Shown: positions 1 to 16,324 of the stretch, one piece after another
How the letters are laid out: every line of letters begins with the position of its first letter
Numbering within the stretch: the first letter of the stretch is position 1
Assembly (NCBI RefSeq): GCF_009914755.1
Contig: NC_060934.1
Origin: the human T2T-CHM13v2.0 reference genome, Homo sapiens
Reading direction: 5' to 3' (one strand)
Length of the DNA: 64,000 nt
Notes under the pieces: model-generated
Told to the model about the DNA's origin: nothing
The model's input: only the letters and a program-made list of their open reading frames with translations
The model's database searches: none
Program-made: the position numbers and the translations under genes

Positions 1-1409
1 CTTGAGGGAAAAAAATCTTATATCTTTCTGATAGGCTGTCTTGCTTCCTTCCATAACAATGGGGAGAAAAGAAGTCTGTGTGGTTTCCTGAAATAAGCAA
101 CAAATATAATAAATGGTGTATCGGAAGCTTCTGTAAAACTGCCTTGGGTGTACTTTATTTAACTTGTAGTAATAAGTTAAATTAACATCAAATGGAAATT
201 CAAATAGCTAAACATTTAACCAATCTAACAGTAAACAATTATTCTAAAATCAACATAAAAATAAAGACCCATTATCATCAGAAGACCTAATTCATTGTTT
301 TTAGAGGTAATCTCTTGGGGTTCTGTGGAAATTTATAAAGGAATGAGTGAGGCTAATTATTTACTCATCAGATTTTTGAAGGCAAATACTTTTCTGTTAT
401 TCTTAAATTTTAGACCTATTTTGGATCAAGATGGTGTGTTGCTTTTGTAGTTTAAGGTAGAAGATAGTGAGGCTGACTTCCTTCCTTATCCCGGGTAGAA
501 AGCCTGACTTTTTCTGGATAGATTGCAGCCTAGGGGTTGTGGTTTTGGTCCTGTTCTGCCCTTTTCCCAAATTCTTCTTCATTGCATCTGATACATCCCC
601 CTTGCCTGCAGGGCAGGGCCCTGTTTCTGTGGCACACATAGCAGGACCGTTTACATTTCCTCTGCTCACAGGTGCCGCCCACACCTTGCTTCCTATTTCA
701 TGTCCTCCTCGTCTCTGTAGTTGAGGGAAGAGTATTCCATTCAACAGATGGAAACACCATTGCATCTGACTGCCATGTCTTTGAAACCTGCCAGACCAAG
801 TCTTGACTTTCGTTTTGTTTTTTTTGGTGGAGCTGGGAGGAGACAGATGGGCCATACAGTCTATGTGTGGGTGCCTTGGTGTGGGACACAAGAAAGTGAG
901 GCAGGACGTGGAGCACCAGGTCATCAGAGCTGGCAGAGGCTGCTCCACCGTGCACCGAAGACTTGGCATGTCAGTGGAGCCAGGAAGTCTCCGATGCAGA
1001 AGCGGAAGTCAGTGTGGCCACAGGAGCGAGGTGGCAAAGTGCTGGCCTTGGAGGAAGAGAGAGGTCAGAGAGTAGACAGAGGGTGAGGCCTGGATCATCA
1101 TCAGATGAGCAGACATGAAAGCCGCTCTCAACAGGATTAGAAAACACAGTTTCTAGGGGATTCTTGCAGGGAAACAGACATGGAGGGGCACCATTTGGTT
1201 TGTAAAAGGAAGGTATAGCCCTGAAGTTGGCAAGCTCTTGGCCTGCTGGCCTGATGCAGCAGGCAGCTGAGAATTGCTTGGCCTGTCCATGGGGGCCTGA
1301 CAGGTATCTCAAATTTTAATTGCCAGCACACACGAATCAGGAGATTTCATATTTCAAAAAGCATGTATGGCTGCTGTTTCTTTTTTGTATAAGGCTTAAT
1401 TTGTTTTTT

Positions 1410-2160
1410 TTTTCATGTTATAGCTTTCCTGAGATACATTTTACATACTCTAAAATTTACCCATTTAAATTGTACAGCATGCTGGGTTTTCATGCATTTA
1501 TACAGTTGTGTGTCCATCATCACAGTGTAATTTTAGAAGATTTAAATCTCCCTCTTCCCCACTGCCCCTGCCAAAAAAGGGACCCCAGACCTACCAGCAG
1601 TCATTTCCCATCCCCCTCCCTCTGGTACCAGCCCACCACTAGTCTGTCTGTGTCTGTGGTTTTCCCTGTTCTGGATGTTTTGCATCAACGGAATCCTGCA
1701 CCATGTGGCCTTTTGTGCCTGGTTCCTTTCCCTTCGTGTGGTGTTTTCAAGGTTGCTCCACGCTCCAGCATGTGTCAGAACTTAATTCCCTGCGGCCAAA
1801 CAATATCCCATCATGTGGATGAACCACATTTTGTTGATCTATACATCAGTTAAGTCAGTTTCGCCTTTTGGTGTTGTGAATAAGGCTGCAGTGAACATTT
1901 GTGTATATATGTGTTCATTTCTCTTGGGGTATATATACACACACACACACGTAGGCCTAGGAGTAGGATTCCTGGGTCCGATGGCAATTGCATGTTTAGC
2001 ATTTTGAAAAACTTATGGTTTTCTAATACAGCTGCCCCATTTTACATTCCTGCCAGCAATGTATGAGGGCTCCAATTTCTTCATATACTCACCAACACTT
2101 TCCATGTTGTCTTTTTGATTTTAGCCATCCTAAAGGGCGAGAAAGATATCTTCTTGTGTA
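1410..2160 (-). mobile_element. Old LINE-1 3' end fragment (L1MB-like)
   Basis: Antisense L1M 3'UTR/ORF2-end motifs: TTTACCCATTTAAATTGTACAG, GAACCACATTTTGTT, GTGAATAAGGCTGCAGTGAACATT, TTTACATTCCTGCCAGCAATGTATGAGGG. Boundaries approximate. Confidence 0.85.
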
Positions 2161-2334
2161 AAACGGGCAAATAATCAAGCTGGGAATGGTAAGCAGGGTT
2201 TTTATTCACAATAGGGCTGGTTGATGGGATTCACAATTACAGAAGGCCACAGAGGGAGGACACACTTGGTGTACTATTTCTTTTTGTCAAACAATAGCAT
2301 TATTGAGATGTAAATGACATACAGAGTATACATA

Positions 2335-3191
2335 CAGTAGTTCCCCCTTAGTCATGGGGAATATGTTACAAGAACACCAGCAGATGCTGGAAACCGTAGA
2401 AGGCACCAAACCCTTGGTATCCCTGAGGGGTTGGCTCCAGGACTCCTCTCGGATACTAACATCCGCAGGTGCTCAAGCCTCTTATATAAAATGGCATACT
2501 ATTCTTATATAGCCCAGAGACACCCTCCCATATTTTTTAAATCATCTCTAGATTACTTATGATACCTAATGCCTAGATATCACTTCATTCTTGTGAATTC
2601 AACGTAGTCCTTAACATATAGCAAATTCAAGTTTTGCCTTTTTGAACTTTGTAGAATTTTTTTCCGAATATTTTTGATCTGTGGTTGGTTGAGTCCGTGA
2701 GTCCGTGGCTGTGGAGCCCATGCATATGGAGGGCCGGCTGTGCAGTATCTTTTCCTACACATACATCCCCATAATAAAGTTTACTTTGTAAACTAGCCCA
2801 GTGAGATTAACAGCAGCAGTCTATGGAACCATTATAACAACATGCCAGCATCACTATTCTTGCACTTCAGGGCCATTATTAAGTGAAATGTGGGTGACTT
2901 GAACACAAGCACTGCAATGACCTTGATAGTCTATCTGATAGATACCAAGATAGATGGCTACTAAGCGACAGAAGGGCGGGGGTGTGTACAGTGGGGATGC
3001 ACCGGACAGAGGGATGATTCGTGTCTCAGGTGGGATGGGGCGAGATTTCATCCCACTACTCAGAATGGTGTGCAATTTAGAACGTATGGATTATTTATGT
3101 CTGGAATTTTCCAGTTAATATTTTTGGACCACGGTTGATCTCAAGTAATTGAAACCATGGAAAGTAAAACTGTGGATAAAGGGGGCCACTG
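2335..3191 (-). mobile_element. MER44 (Tigger7-derived, MER44B-like) DNA transposon
   Basis: Terminal inverted repeats CAGTAGTTCCCCCTTA ... TAAAGGGGGCCACTG flanked by a TA duplication (2333-2334, 3192-3193). Internal TTGAACACAAGCACTGC and GGAATTTTCCAGTTAATATTTTTGGACCACGGTTGA match the MER44 consensus as recalled. Confidence 0.85.
2411..2740 (+). mobile_element. MER2 (MER2B-like) Tigger-family element nested in MER44
   Basis: CCCTTGGTATCC...GCTCAAGCCTCTTATATAAAATGGC...TAAATCATCTCTAGATTACTTATGATACCTAAT...GCAAATTCAAGTTTTGCC...ATGGAGGGCCGGCTG. Confidence 0.85.
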
Positions 3192-3834
3192 TATCTCACA
3201 TATACAGTTTGATAAAATTTGCCTATGGATGACCCCAATCAAAATAACAAATATTCTCATCACCCCCAAAGTTTCCTCTTGCACCTCTGTGATTCCTCTC
3301 CTCACCTCAACCCGCTTTCCTTTCTCATCCCCAGGCAATCACTGATCTGCTGTCACTGTGCATTAGTTTGATTTTCTAGAATTTTGTGATGCACATATAT
3401 ACATATATATTGTATTTTACACAAAATTTTCTCGTTTTATGAATGGAATTATAACGTATAGTCTCTTCGTGTCTGAGTTCTTCCAGTGTATTGAGTTTGA
3501 TATTCATGCATGTTGTTGCATGTGTCAGCGGTTGATTACTCTTTTTGCTGAGTGGTATTCCATTGTGTGGGGATACCACAGTTTATCATTCGTTTGTTAT
3601 TGTACATTGAATATTGTTCTTTCTGCTTTCGGCTGTTGCAGACACTGCTATGAATATTTATATGAAAGACTTGGTAAGGACGTATGCTTCTAATTCTCTT
3701 AGGTAAACACCTAGGAGTGGATCCTATGGGCAATGGGTGTTTAGCATTTTAAAAAGTTGCCAAACTGTTTTCCAGAGTGGCTGCATCCCTCTGCCGTTTT
3801 TATGAACAGTGGGTGGGAATGCAATTCTTGCATA

Positions 3835-5060
<1,226 letters not shown>

Positions 5061-5064
5061 CAGG

Positions 5065-5377
5065 ATTGTAAGAGGAGAGATCATGGCCGGGGACTCATGG
5101 CTAGACAAAAAACAGGACCTCAGTCCTATCAGTGCAAGGAAATGAATTCTGTCAATACATAGTGAGCTTGAAAGAGACTCGCAGCCTCAGCCCTGGGAGT
5201 CTCAGTTGCAGCTGACATTTTGGTTTCACCCGGAGAAACCCTTAGCAGAGGACTGAGTCCACCCGTGCCTGGACTCCTGACCCATGGGGCGGATGAGACA
5301 GTAGATGTGTGGTGGTTAAACCACTGAATCTGTGGTAATTTGTGGTGATTTGTTATGCAGCAGTAAGAGGTAATACC
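5065..5377 (+). mobile_element. MaLR solo LTR fragment (MLT1E-like)
   Basis: GGACCTCAGTCCTA..GCAAGGAAATGAATTCTG, CCTGGACTCCTGACCCA, and 3' end GTGATTTGTTATGCAGCAGTAAGAGGTAATAC. Confidence 0.8.
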
Positions 5378-8300
5378 GTATGCATCTTCTTGCATCATTT
5401 ACCAGCTTTTTATTATATGTGGAAGTCTTATGTCTTTCCTCCCTTTTTTATTGCCCTTTGAGTACCTTGTTGTCCCTTTCTGTGTCACATTCTTCCCACT
5501 CGCACGCATGCATCCAGGAATAAGAGCACTGTGGCTCGGTGTGGCCAAGACCCACTGTGTACCTTCCATGAAAGATGTTTGTGAGTAGCATGGGCCCCCG
5601 AACCCTGGGTCCAGTCCTGCCTGTACTGCGAGCCAGCACTGTCATCATGGATAGTGCCCTCAGCCCATACTCTCCTCTGTGAAGTGTGTGTGCCAGCACA
5701 CTGACATCACAGGGTGCCTGCAGCATTTGGAAAACACGCAGCATCATGCAAACTGCCTAGGAGTGCTCAACAATTTGGAGCTGGTATCTTTACACTTACC
5801 ACGTTGAATATTGCATGCAGACTACATATTTGCAGAGCTTAATGAACAGAGAGGCATTTTAGGACAACTAGGAGAAACTCGCGCAGATTCCCCTCAGGGG
5901 GAGGGAAGCTGTTTTGTAGGTGTCTCTGGCAGTAGCCTAATGCAGTTGCTTTAGACCCTGGTGGTCTGGATACTGCTTCACTGTAGGCTTTAATTGCATT
6001 GCTCCAGGTCTGTGGAAGGCTGGAAGAGGCCGGTGTTTTTGTGTCACTTTTGCTACCCCCTACTCTCTCTAGTTGACAGGCCATTTGGAGCACCAGGGAG
6101 TACAATCTGGCTGAAGAAGCGGTATCCAAGGAGGACGTCATGGTGTCTGTTCTCGCAGTCATGGAGCCTAGTGCCAACAGGCCTTAATTCTGTGTTCTGG
6201 TGTCTCATGAGTGGCTCTGCAGTGGGACGTCAGAGCAGCCAGGCCTCAAGCCGCCTGGCTGGGGTGGGGACAAAGTGTGTGTTGTCCCTTCATCACGGGA
6301 GTGTGGGGCCTGGCACACGCCCTGCCAGGGCCTCACTTGGGCCATGCCTCAGAGCATGGGTGCTACTCACCTCTGACCTCTTGAGTTTTGCAGGCAAACT
6401 CAGGTCGAATTTGGATTCTCAGTCGCATTGTGGCTCACATGACATGAAATAAAATGTTGACATTTATTTGCTTCTTGTGGCCTCTACTAAATATATAAAA
6501 TAATCAAAACTGAAACTTTCCATTATTCTCAGCAGGAGTGAAACATCTTGACTTTGGAAATTTTTCCTAGTGATTTAACTCAAGTCGGATATCGGCAGCA
6601 CCACCTGCAATAGTGACCCCCTATGGCCTGCGGCGGGGCTGCTTAACGCTCACATGGGTGGTCACCAAGGAAGGGCTGCTGGACAGGCAGACTCCCAGAG
6701 CAGTTGCTACTTACAAATCCAGCTTCCAGCAGGGAGACCATTAAAGGGCTGCTTCCACCTCCAGGGCGGGCAGTGAAGCCTCCAGCTGGGAGCCGCGTGA
6801 AAATCAGAGCCAATGGGAGCTGGCAGCCCATCCACCAGGAGGGTCCAGAAGACAGAGGCAGAGGACGTGGGATCTGGAGCCCAAGGGAGGGGTCCCAGGT
6901 GGGTTGAGGCTGGAGATGGCCCAGGAAGCCCTGGTTTGGGGTGAGGGTGGGCGAGACTGAGAGGCTGCTCAGACAGGATGGGTGGTTGAATGGAGTGCGG
7001 ATCATGAGATCATCACAGGGCCACAGCATATCAGGCCATGGGTTCCCTGTTAATTCCTCTCCCACCTCGAGGACCGGAGCTTCTGTTAGGCAGGCGGGGG
7101 CTCTGCCGCAGGCCCACATTCTCTGCTAATTCCCTTCTCTCCTAAAGGTTTCAGATCTGTCTGTGGTCTTTTGTTTTACTTGGAAACACATGTTTAATAT
7201 ATCTTATAAAATACGTTTAATATAAAAATATAGTTCACTTTATAGTTCAGTTGCTTTGAGCACATTTAGTAAACCAAGATGTGCTTATATGAACTTTTCC
7301 CTGAAAAGTACCTGGATCCCAGAGTTCTACATGGATTGAATACTTATGTTTCGATTTTAATTCCTTAGATGGCTAACTCAGCATTATTTAAATTTTAATA
7401 AAGAGACTGGATACAATGTGAGCGAATTTCTCTCTATATTTTGTGAATCTCTATCAGAGCAAAATAAAACTGTTTCTGTTTTGCAATGAATAGTTTCTAG
7501 CCATGGAATTGCTGGTCGAGGCAAGAAAGTATGAATCTTATTTTTGTGGATCTAGCCAAGAAAAAGAACGTAAACTTTGAAAAGTATGTCATTTGCCATT
7601 CACAGTCTAATGAGAAACTCAGAGAGGCTAGAAACTCTCAATAAAAATTCTGATATCAGCATTTAAGATCCAGCAAGATAGGGTATACGGGCATTTAAGG
7701 GATTCACAATCCACAGTTTACTGGCACTTTAAATGCTGTGAATCTTGTACTGGCAATCACAATCTTGATTTTATTACCGAGGGGGACCCCTCGTGAGGAA
7801 TATGTCGGTGCAGTGTGCAGGTTAAACTGTGAGCTGCTCCAGCCTCTCTCCCGCCGGCTGACGGAAAGGTGGTCAAATTACCTTCGCAAATCTGAAGGGT
7901 GCTTGGCTCCAGCAAATTGGCCATTTAGTCAAAAAGTGTCTGAAAATGACGTAGTCGTTGGAAGTGTTTGGGAATAAGCGATGAGTTGGCCAAACGCAGT
8001 GTGTTTTCTGTAGGCAAGCACCTGTGGCAGCTGGCAGGGATGGGCAGGCCTGCAGAGATGGCTTCCTGGGGGCGCAGCGTGGTCAGGCTTGAGGGTGGTG
8101 ACAGTGCCCCCAGGAGAAGGCGAGACTGGCCAGAACTGGGACGGGCATGATGAGTGGCCGTGTTTCAAATATTGTCCATTTTTAACTTTTGAAAATGCCA
8201 AAAGCAAGTATGCTGCCTTGTGGAATCTGTGCAAGCAGTTCTTTCCAGGCTGACCTTGAATAGCCTGACAGCAGAGCGAGGAGTGAAATGAGCACGCCTC

Positions 8301-8613
8301 AGGCTGTGGTCCACTCGTGCGGGAAGACATGGACCTGCTACTGCTCCCTGCCCTCTGTCTCCCCAGGAAAGGAGCATTCTGGCTCAGAGATTCTCAAACT
8401 GGGTCTTCCAAGACCGCACAGGTGCTGTGTCAGGTCAGAGATGCCTCTGTAACAACGCCAAGACCTCGCGTGTCCAAGAGTGATGCTGGGGGAGGCTGCT
8501 CTAGCTGGACCTAGATCCAGGCCAGGCCCCAGACCTCTGCAGCTGTCCACCTACTCCTCACCACCACGCGTTTGCAGGTGGTGGACGGTGTTTTATTTAA
8601 GAATGTCCTTGTT

Positions 8614-9970
<1,357 letters not shown>

Positions 9971-12900
9971 ACACCCACCGCCCCAGACAAACACCATGGT
10001 GGCCTCGGGGATGCTGCGAGGTCAGAGAACCTGCACTCTGCTTCCTTCTTGTGTAGGGTGAGGGAGAAGCCCCAAGCCGTTTCTTCTCAGGGCTCAGGTG
10101 TCTCTCATCAGTGTAGGGAGGGTCTTCGGGCATCCTATGCCCTGCTCATTCCCTCGATGTTATCCGGACAGGAGATTTCAGCTCCTGCGCAGTGGGCGCT
10201 GTTGGGATTCCCAGGCCTCCAAGTCATGACGGTGGGTGAAATGGAGCTGGTATTTGAGAAGGCTCGGAAGCCTCCCCTTAGAAAGGTGGGTCCTGATCAG
10301 CAGTTTGGGATGCCCCTGTGTTTCCTGCATTTGGGATGGGCGGTCCTCCCTCCTGCCTCCCCAGCTCTCTTGAGCACAGTGTGGCCGGCATCTGGTCAGG
10401 ACTTCAGAGTGGCCAGCCCCGTGTTGCCGACGAATCTGAGAGGGAGCCCCTGGCTTCTTATTTTTCTTTGAACTACGTCAACGGAATTGCTTCGGATCCT
10501 TAGCCATTTTAAAAAACACAGTCATATCACGTCCCCTTCTGACATTCTCTTAAGCTTTAGCAAATAACAGAAATTTCAGTCTCACTGTGCCTTGTTCAGA
10601 GGTGACAACAACAATGGGTGGCTGAGGCGTAAGTCTCAATCATCCAGGCTCCTTAAAGCAGCTTTCGGGCATGTGTGGGGAAAGTACGCCACAGACACCC
10701 AGGGCTGTGCTTCCAAAGAGGTTTTCAAGAGGTTGAGTATTGACACCTTTCCTTACAAGGTAGTGGGGAGGCCTGGAGGCCAGGCAGTGAGGCGAACAGT
10801 GCTCAGTGAATCCACGCTCCAGGTGAGGGGAGGCAAATGTCGGCAGAGAAGGTGGGAGCAGAGGAGGAGTTCCTTATGCAGAGGTCTCTGGGCAGGCAGA
10901 GGAAATGAGCCTCGACTTTGCTGTGCCCTGGGAAGGGAAGCTTGTGATCCACATTATATCAGTGTGGGGTTTTATGAGCTGGACTGAGATGGTTGATCTA
11001 AAGTCACAGTTGGCAAGTCCCTGTTTATGCGAGGCCGGCAAAGAATTCACCTCTGAGTGATCTGTGGGGGCAGCCCTGTGTTGGTGCCTGAGGCCTCTGC
11101 CTTTCTGTGGAGGTCTGGCTGATGCATGAGGCTAGAAACAGCCATTCATTTGGAAGAGGGCGTTGCAATGACTCAGCCTCTGGGCTTAAGCTTTCCTTTT
11201 GCATAAGAAGTCTGAGGGGTCCTCAGATGTTTTATCTTCCTTTACAAAGTTGTGTTGTCAACACCAAGGAAACAGTCTTGATTCTGAACAAGGAGGTAGC
11301 CTGGGTACTGAAGGTGAAAAGAGCTCAGATCAGAAGTTTCTTGGAAAGAGATTTAAAGATTTTTAAAAAATCAGATTACTAAGGCATATTAAAATATGTT
11401 CAGTCTTACACTGTGTTCTTTGAAACCTTGAATTACTCTAGCAAAAGGCTCAGAGGGTACTGCTATGAGAAGCTGGATCTTGGACATCTCTTTCAAATGC
11501 CTCGGTACCTTTCAAAGGGCTTTGGATGGAATGAAGGGACACCATTGGGTCTCACAGCTTTCTCCTGCCTAACATACCACAGCAGTGTATGAAATTGTTC
11601 CCATCAGCTCCAGCGCGTGAAAGACAATACGAACAGTAACACCCCCAAAGAAACAGTGGGGCTGGAGACAGCAGAATCCTTGGAGGGTTCTCTGGCTGAA
11701 GAAATCTCTCTCCTACCACAGATACTGTCCCCAGAGAAGGTGCACCTCTACCACCAATGCCCTCCATCCTCAGTTGACAAGGATTCAAAAAGTTTGTTGG
11801 TGACGCTGACATGTAATATTCCCCTGCGAGTTACACACATCCAGGTGACCTTCGGACCAGCATTGCCGGCACACCCGTCACGCCATCAACCTGCCAGGCT
11901 GGAGAAGACCGCTCAGAGCTTTTCCTTGACTGGGGAGAGGGGAGCCGGAGCAGCGCCCCACGTCTCACGGTTCACCCCTGCCGTCTCTCGGGGCCTTCCT
12001 TCAGGCTTTCCCTGTATCCTCAGATCTTCGCCAGGGTCCTGTGATCCAGTGTTAGTTCATTCCATGTGTCATATATGAATGATGTCATTTGAATCATTTC
12101 AAGTCCTTTTGTAGGAAAACTAAGGCAGAAAGGCCAGCACCACAAAGAGGCATCCAGAATTCTCCTCGGCACAGGAGGGTGCAGCCATGGTGCCTTTGAG
12201 GAGACGGACACGCTTAGTTCCCCCTGCCATCAGTGGGCATCTCGATGTTAACCAGATCTTAGAAATTGCTCTGCTCAGGTTGGACTCATAAGTGTACTCT
12301 TAGATGCATTCTTCCATGTTTTTGGAATTTCCTAGAGAAAACGTCTTCTTTGTTCATGCCCGTGACACACGTTCCTCCCTGTGGTGACCTGGCGTCCATC
12401 CTGAGCTTTCGTGGTGTCCACCCATGAAAACAAAGGTGTCTGATCCCCCGTGCCACAGACATACTCTTAACCAGAATCTCCCAACCTGGGGTCCGTGGTG
12501 GTCTTCGGGGGGGTCTGACACTACCCAGGGTCAGATGAAAAGTGTTGACTGGATGCGTTTATGTGGGCGCTGCGATACTCTTCTTGGGGCGGGGCCCAGA
12601 GGGTTCCTGAAATTCTCAAAAGTGTCTGTGTCCCTCCTTGTGAGTAGGAGTCACTGTTTCAGATGCTCAGCTTTCCAGGTGATTTTTCAAATCCCTGGCA
12701 CAGGCTTTCAAGGTGACTTAAGATTGTCTAATCCTCCTGCAGGTAGAAATGAGAGTCATCTGGCTGATGGTCACGAGCCGTCGGGGAGTTCCTCCTGTCT
12801 TGCACTCAAGCAGAGGAGTAAGGAGACCCCTTTAGAATGTACTTCTAATTGTTGAAAAGCACCTAACAAGTTTTCTATGGGGGAGATTATACAGGGACTG

Positions 12901-15039
12901 GGTAGGGACAATCACGTAAGACATACCTGTTTATAGAAAGAGCTGGATATAGAATTATAGGTGGGTTCAGCTGCACAAAGAAGAGTCAGACTACGGAGGC
13001 TTGAAGGAGCTGTGAATACACTGGGCATCTGACATCATTGCTTACTTCCCCCTGCCCCGCCCTGCCCCTCCCTGCCCCAGGGTATCGGTAGCATGTGTCC
13101 TAATTAAATTTTGACATTATGTGAGTTTTAGCATGGTATTTTCTGCATTGGGCTATCTGTATAATGTCATGGAGTGGTGACATAAATAATGCTAGACTTT
13201 TCCAATTTATCTACCATCCCAGCCCCCTCCCCAACTCAGTCATATGTGGAAAGTCAGTTTCTTTTTCCATTTATTATAGTTGTTAACTAAAGATTAAAAT
13301 TTTACATTTCATTGCACTGTTCATAAATTGTTTATAAATACAGTGAAATCTAAGCAAACCAAGATGATCTTGGAAAGAAGTGTTCTGTATGGAATTTATC
13401 TGTTCAGACCCAACATGCACACCCTTCCTTCGGGATGTATCACCAAGATGAAGGCGGGCAGATCTCATGGGCATGAGCTTGTGTGCACCGAGGAAGTTCC
13501 TGCAAGCAGTCCTGCTGCACCTGGGCGGGGGACACCCTGTGGAGAACCACGGTGCTTGAGTGGAAGGAGTCTGTGTCTGTTTTTCAGAATGCCTTCTTGC
13601 CTTCACAACTAATATGCAACAAAAATAATAGGATTGCACCTGCTTTTGATGCCTCAAGATATGCAGAAATACATTTCCCTCACTTGAGCATGTCTCTGGA
13701 TATACTAGGACAGCTAGGTCGTGCTTGCGTTTCAGGCCACGGCCCTGCTCAGGAGTCAGGTTCAGCTTCTTGCATTGAGTCTTATCCGCCACAGCCCAAC
13801 TTTAACAGTGGATGATAGCCAGGAAAGAGAGGGAAGCATTTTTGGAGCTGGTTGTGGTTTTAATGAGGCATATACAGACACTGCTTTAGTGGATGTAGGA
13901 GTGAGGGGGGTGGGGTGTAGTGGTTGAGGAAGGGGCTTAGTGGGCTGGGGTGAAGGTCTCTGCTGGAGATCTAGGAGTTTTCCCTAAATCCTCATCTGAT
14001 CTTCCTCTCCTGTAGATTGTTAGGATAAATGAGCAAGAAGATTCTGCGCAACAAACTGATACCTTGCTTTCTTTTGTGAGCAGCAGAGCTGGGGCGTGGA
14101 GAGGGTACGTCCAGTGTTGGATGTCAGGAAGTTCACGTCCCAGGGTATCTAGTACATCTGAGCTCTAAGCCTGCAAAGGAACCTTCTTTACAAATTGCAC
14201 CATTGTTATGGTTGGCATTCTGGTTAAAAGTTCATCTGGATCTCAACCTCGCGTGAAATTGCAGAGCTACGACTGGAAAACTCGGCATCAGTTGAGAACC
14301 TTTGGGGACTTCTCAGACATTACAGTTAGAATTGAGCAAAACATGCTGAGTTCCATTCACTCACATTTTGGTGAGTGGGTTAAAATAACAGTTTAGTTTC
14401 GTCATTTTTATTACCTACTTTTCAGACAGATCCAGAAAAATAAAAAAACAAAAAAAAAGACAAGCATCATTACCATGTTTAGGAAATCTTTGAGAAGAAA
14501 TATGTATGAAATTTGGCATACTGGCTAGCCATTCCCTTACCCCCTTATTTTTGATTATCCAAAAGCTCAAGGTGACTTTGCTCTTCCCCTCTGTGACTGG
14601 GGTTAGCAAACAACAGCCATGGGCTAGATCTTGTCCACCAGCTGTTTTTGCATGATCAGGACGCTGAGTGTGGTTTTTTCATTTTTTAAAGGGTTGTAGG
14701 AAATAAAGAGACTATTGAGTAGAGACCTCACAGGCCTTGGAAAATGTGACATACTTCCTATCTCCTTCTCTACAGAAGTGGCTGCTGACTCCTGCTCTTT
14801 GGGGTCGAAACACAAAGACTGAATAATGATGTGGTATTTTTGTATTTAAAAAATGGCATAGGGCATTTTTAGGGAGGTTGTGGCATTGACGTATTCTGTG
14901 TTGCTTCAGAGAGATGTCGTTCGGTGGGTAGAGGCTGCGCAGTGGCCCACTGTGATTGGCATGGTGGTGGCTCTCGGCCCCTGGGCCTGCTCTGCAGTCA
15001 GGTCCACCATGTGGAAGTGCTCTGAGACTCGGTGCACGT

Positions 15040-15140
15040 ATTCAATGTTTAGTGTGTGCCAGCCACGTTCTAGGCACCGTGGATGCGGCCAGCAAGGAAG
15101 ATGAGGACCCTGTTCTCATGCCCAGCCTCAGGGTGGGTGC
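15040..15140 (-). mobile_element. L2 3' end fragment
   Basis: GTGTGCCAGCCACGTTCTAGGCACCGTGGAT...CCCTGTTCTCATG resembles an antisense L2 tail. Confidence 0.5.
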
Positions 15141-15204
15141 ATGGAGCATCCCTGGTCGAGTGTGTGCTCAGGATTCCTTTAGTATGTCATGAATCTGTCG
15201 TGTT

Positions 15205-15400
15205 TCTCAGAGCAGACTTAGGAGCCAGGCTCCCTGAGATTGAACCCTGCGTGGGCCACTTCTTTGCTGTGGAACCGTGGGCAAGTCTCTTGTTCTTTCT
15301 GGCGGCTTCCATCTGTATAAGGGGATGATAGTGCCAATCTCTTAGCGTAGGTGACAGATTCCGAAGTAAAGGGCTTGTCAAGTAGGCCTGGGGTGGGCCT
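15205..15400 (+). mobile_element. MIR SINE
   Basis: GACTTAGGAGCCAG..GCTGTGGAACCGTGGGCAAGTC..CATCTGTATAAGGGGATGATAGT resembles the MIR core. Confidence 0.6.
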
Positions 15401-15975
15401 GGCACATCCTGGGTGCTGCCTGAGGGTCAGATGTCATCTTGGTGGCCCACACTCCCCTGCAGTGGTGCTGCTGGTTCAGGAAGTTAAAGTGGAAAACTGT
15501 GCTCCGGAATAAACACAATTGGGAGAACCCAAAACCACACGCAAGAAAGCAAAATGTGCTGCCCGATTACTAAGCATGGAGTTAAACTCTATTTGGTGTT
15601 TTTGTTCTGAATTGTTAGGGAGTAAGAATATTTATGGTTGGAATCCTTGGCCAATCCTAAATTTTCTTCTAACTAGTAGATAATTAAGTGTCTGCTTCTA
15701 GAGGATGTAGATGTGCTTGTCTTGTATATTACAAAGTAGAGACGACTTGCCCACACCCCCTCCTGGGCTCACACTCCATGCGGATGGCGTCAGTAGCTTC
15801 TGAGCCTCTTCAGGTGCTGAACACATGCCCTGAGCTGCTTGTTTTGACAGGGACATCATTTTTAAAGAGTCCTTTATTACCCCAGTTTACTCACCTCTTG
15901 TTGTCTCCAGCCCTTCCCTTTTTTATGTTCTTCTCTCCCTTTTCCCTTAGCAATTGCTAATACCCTAGTTGGTAC

Positions 15976-16324
15976 TGATAAAAGAAAAACTTAAGCTGAA
16001 TTGAATTTAAAGGAGTTTAATTGAGCAACGAACAATTCGCAAATCGAGCAGCCTCCCAAAGCCAGAGTAGGCTCAGATGGACAGAAAAAGGAAAGTGACA
16101 GAGACGAGGCACAGAAACAGCCAGATTGGTTACAGCGTTTGCCTTATTTGAACATGGTTTGAACAGTCAGCTATATTGGATTGGCCAAAACTCAGTGATT
16201 GGCACAAGAGTAGGCTACGGTCTGTTTATACCTCCACTTGTTATAGTTCATGAGGTACAGAAAAACCTTGAGGCCACATTCAAAACATGGAAGGAGGCAG
16301 CTTTAGGCTAAGCTTGATTCAACA
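15976..16324 (-). mobile_element. ERV1 solo LTR (MER57-like)
   Basis: TG...CA termini. The reverse complement starts TGTTGAATCAAGCTTAGCCTAAAGCTGCCTCC, and there are three CCAAT boxes (ATTGG on +). Confidence 0.85.

Larger units (their letters stand above)
2290..3830 (-). mobile_element. Old LINE-1 3' end (L1MC/L1ME-like), interrupted by MER44 at 2335-3191
   Basis: AGCATTATTGAGATGTAAATGACATACA lies before the MER44, and the sequence continues after it with CATCACCCCCAAAGTTTCCTC, CCCCAGGCAATCACTGATCTGCT, TTGCTGAGTGGTATTCCATTGT and CCAAACTGTTTTCCAGAGTGG. Confidence 0.8.

Noticed and set aside
11617-12078. 153-aa ORF with a protein-like acidic/Ser-rich N-terminus
   Set aside because: GTG start, no recognisable domain and only weak splice signals. 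It cannot be supported without a homology search.
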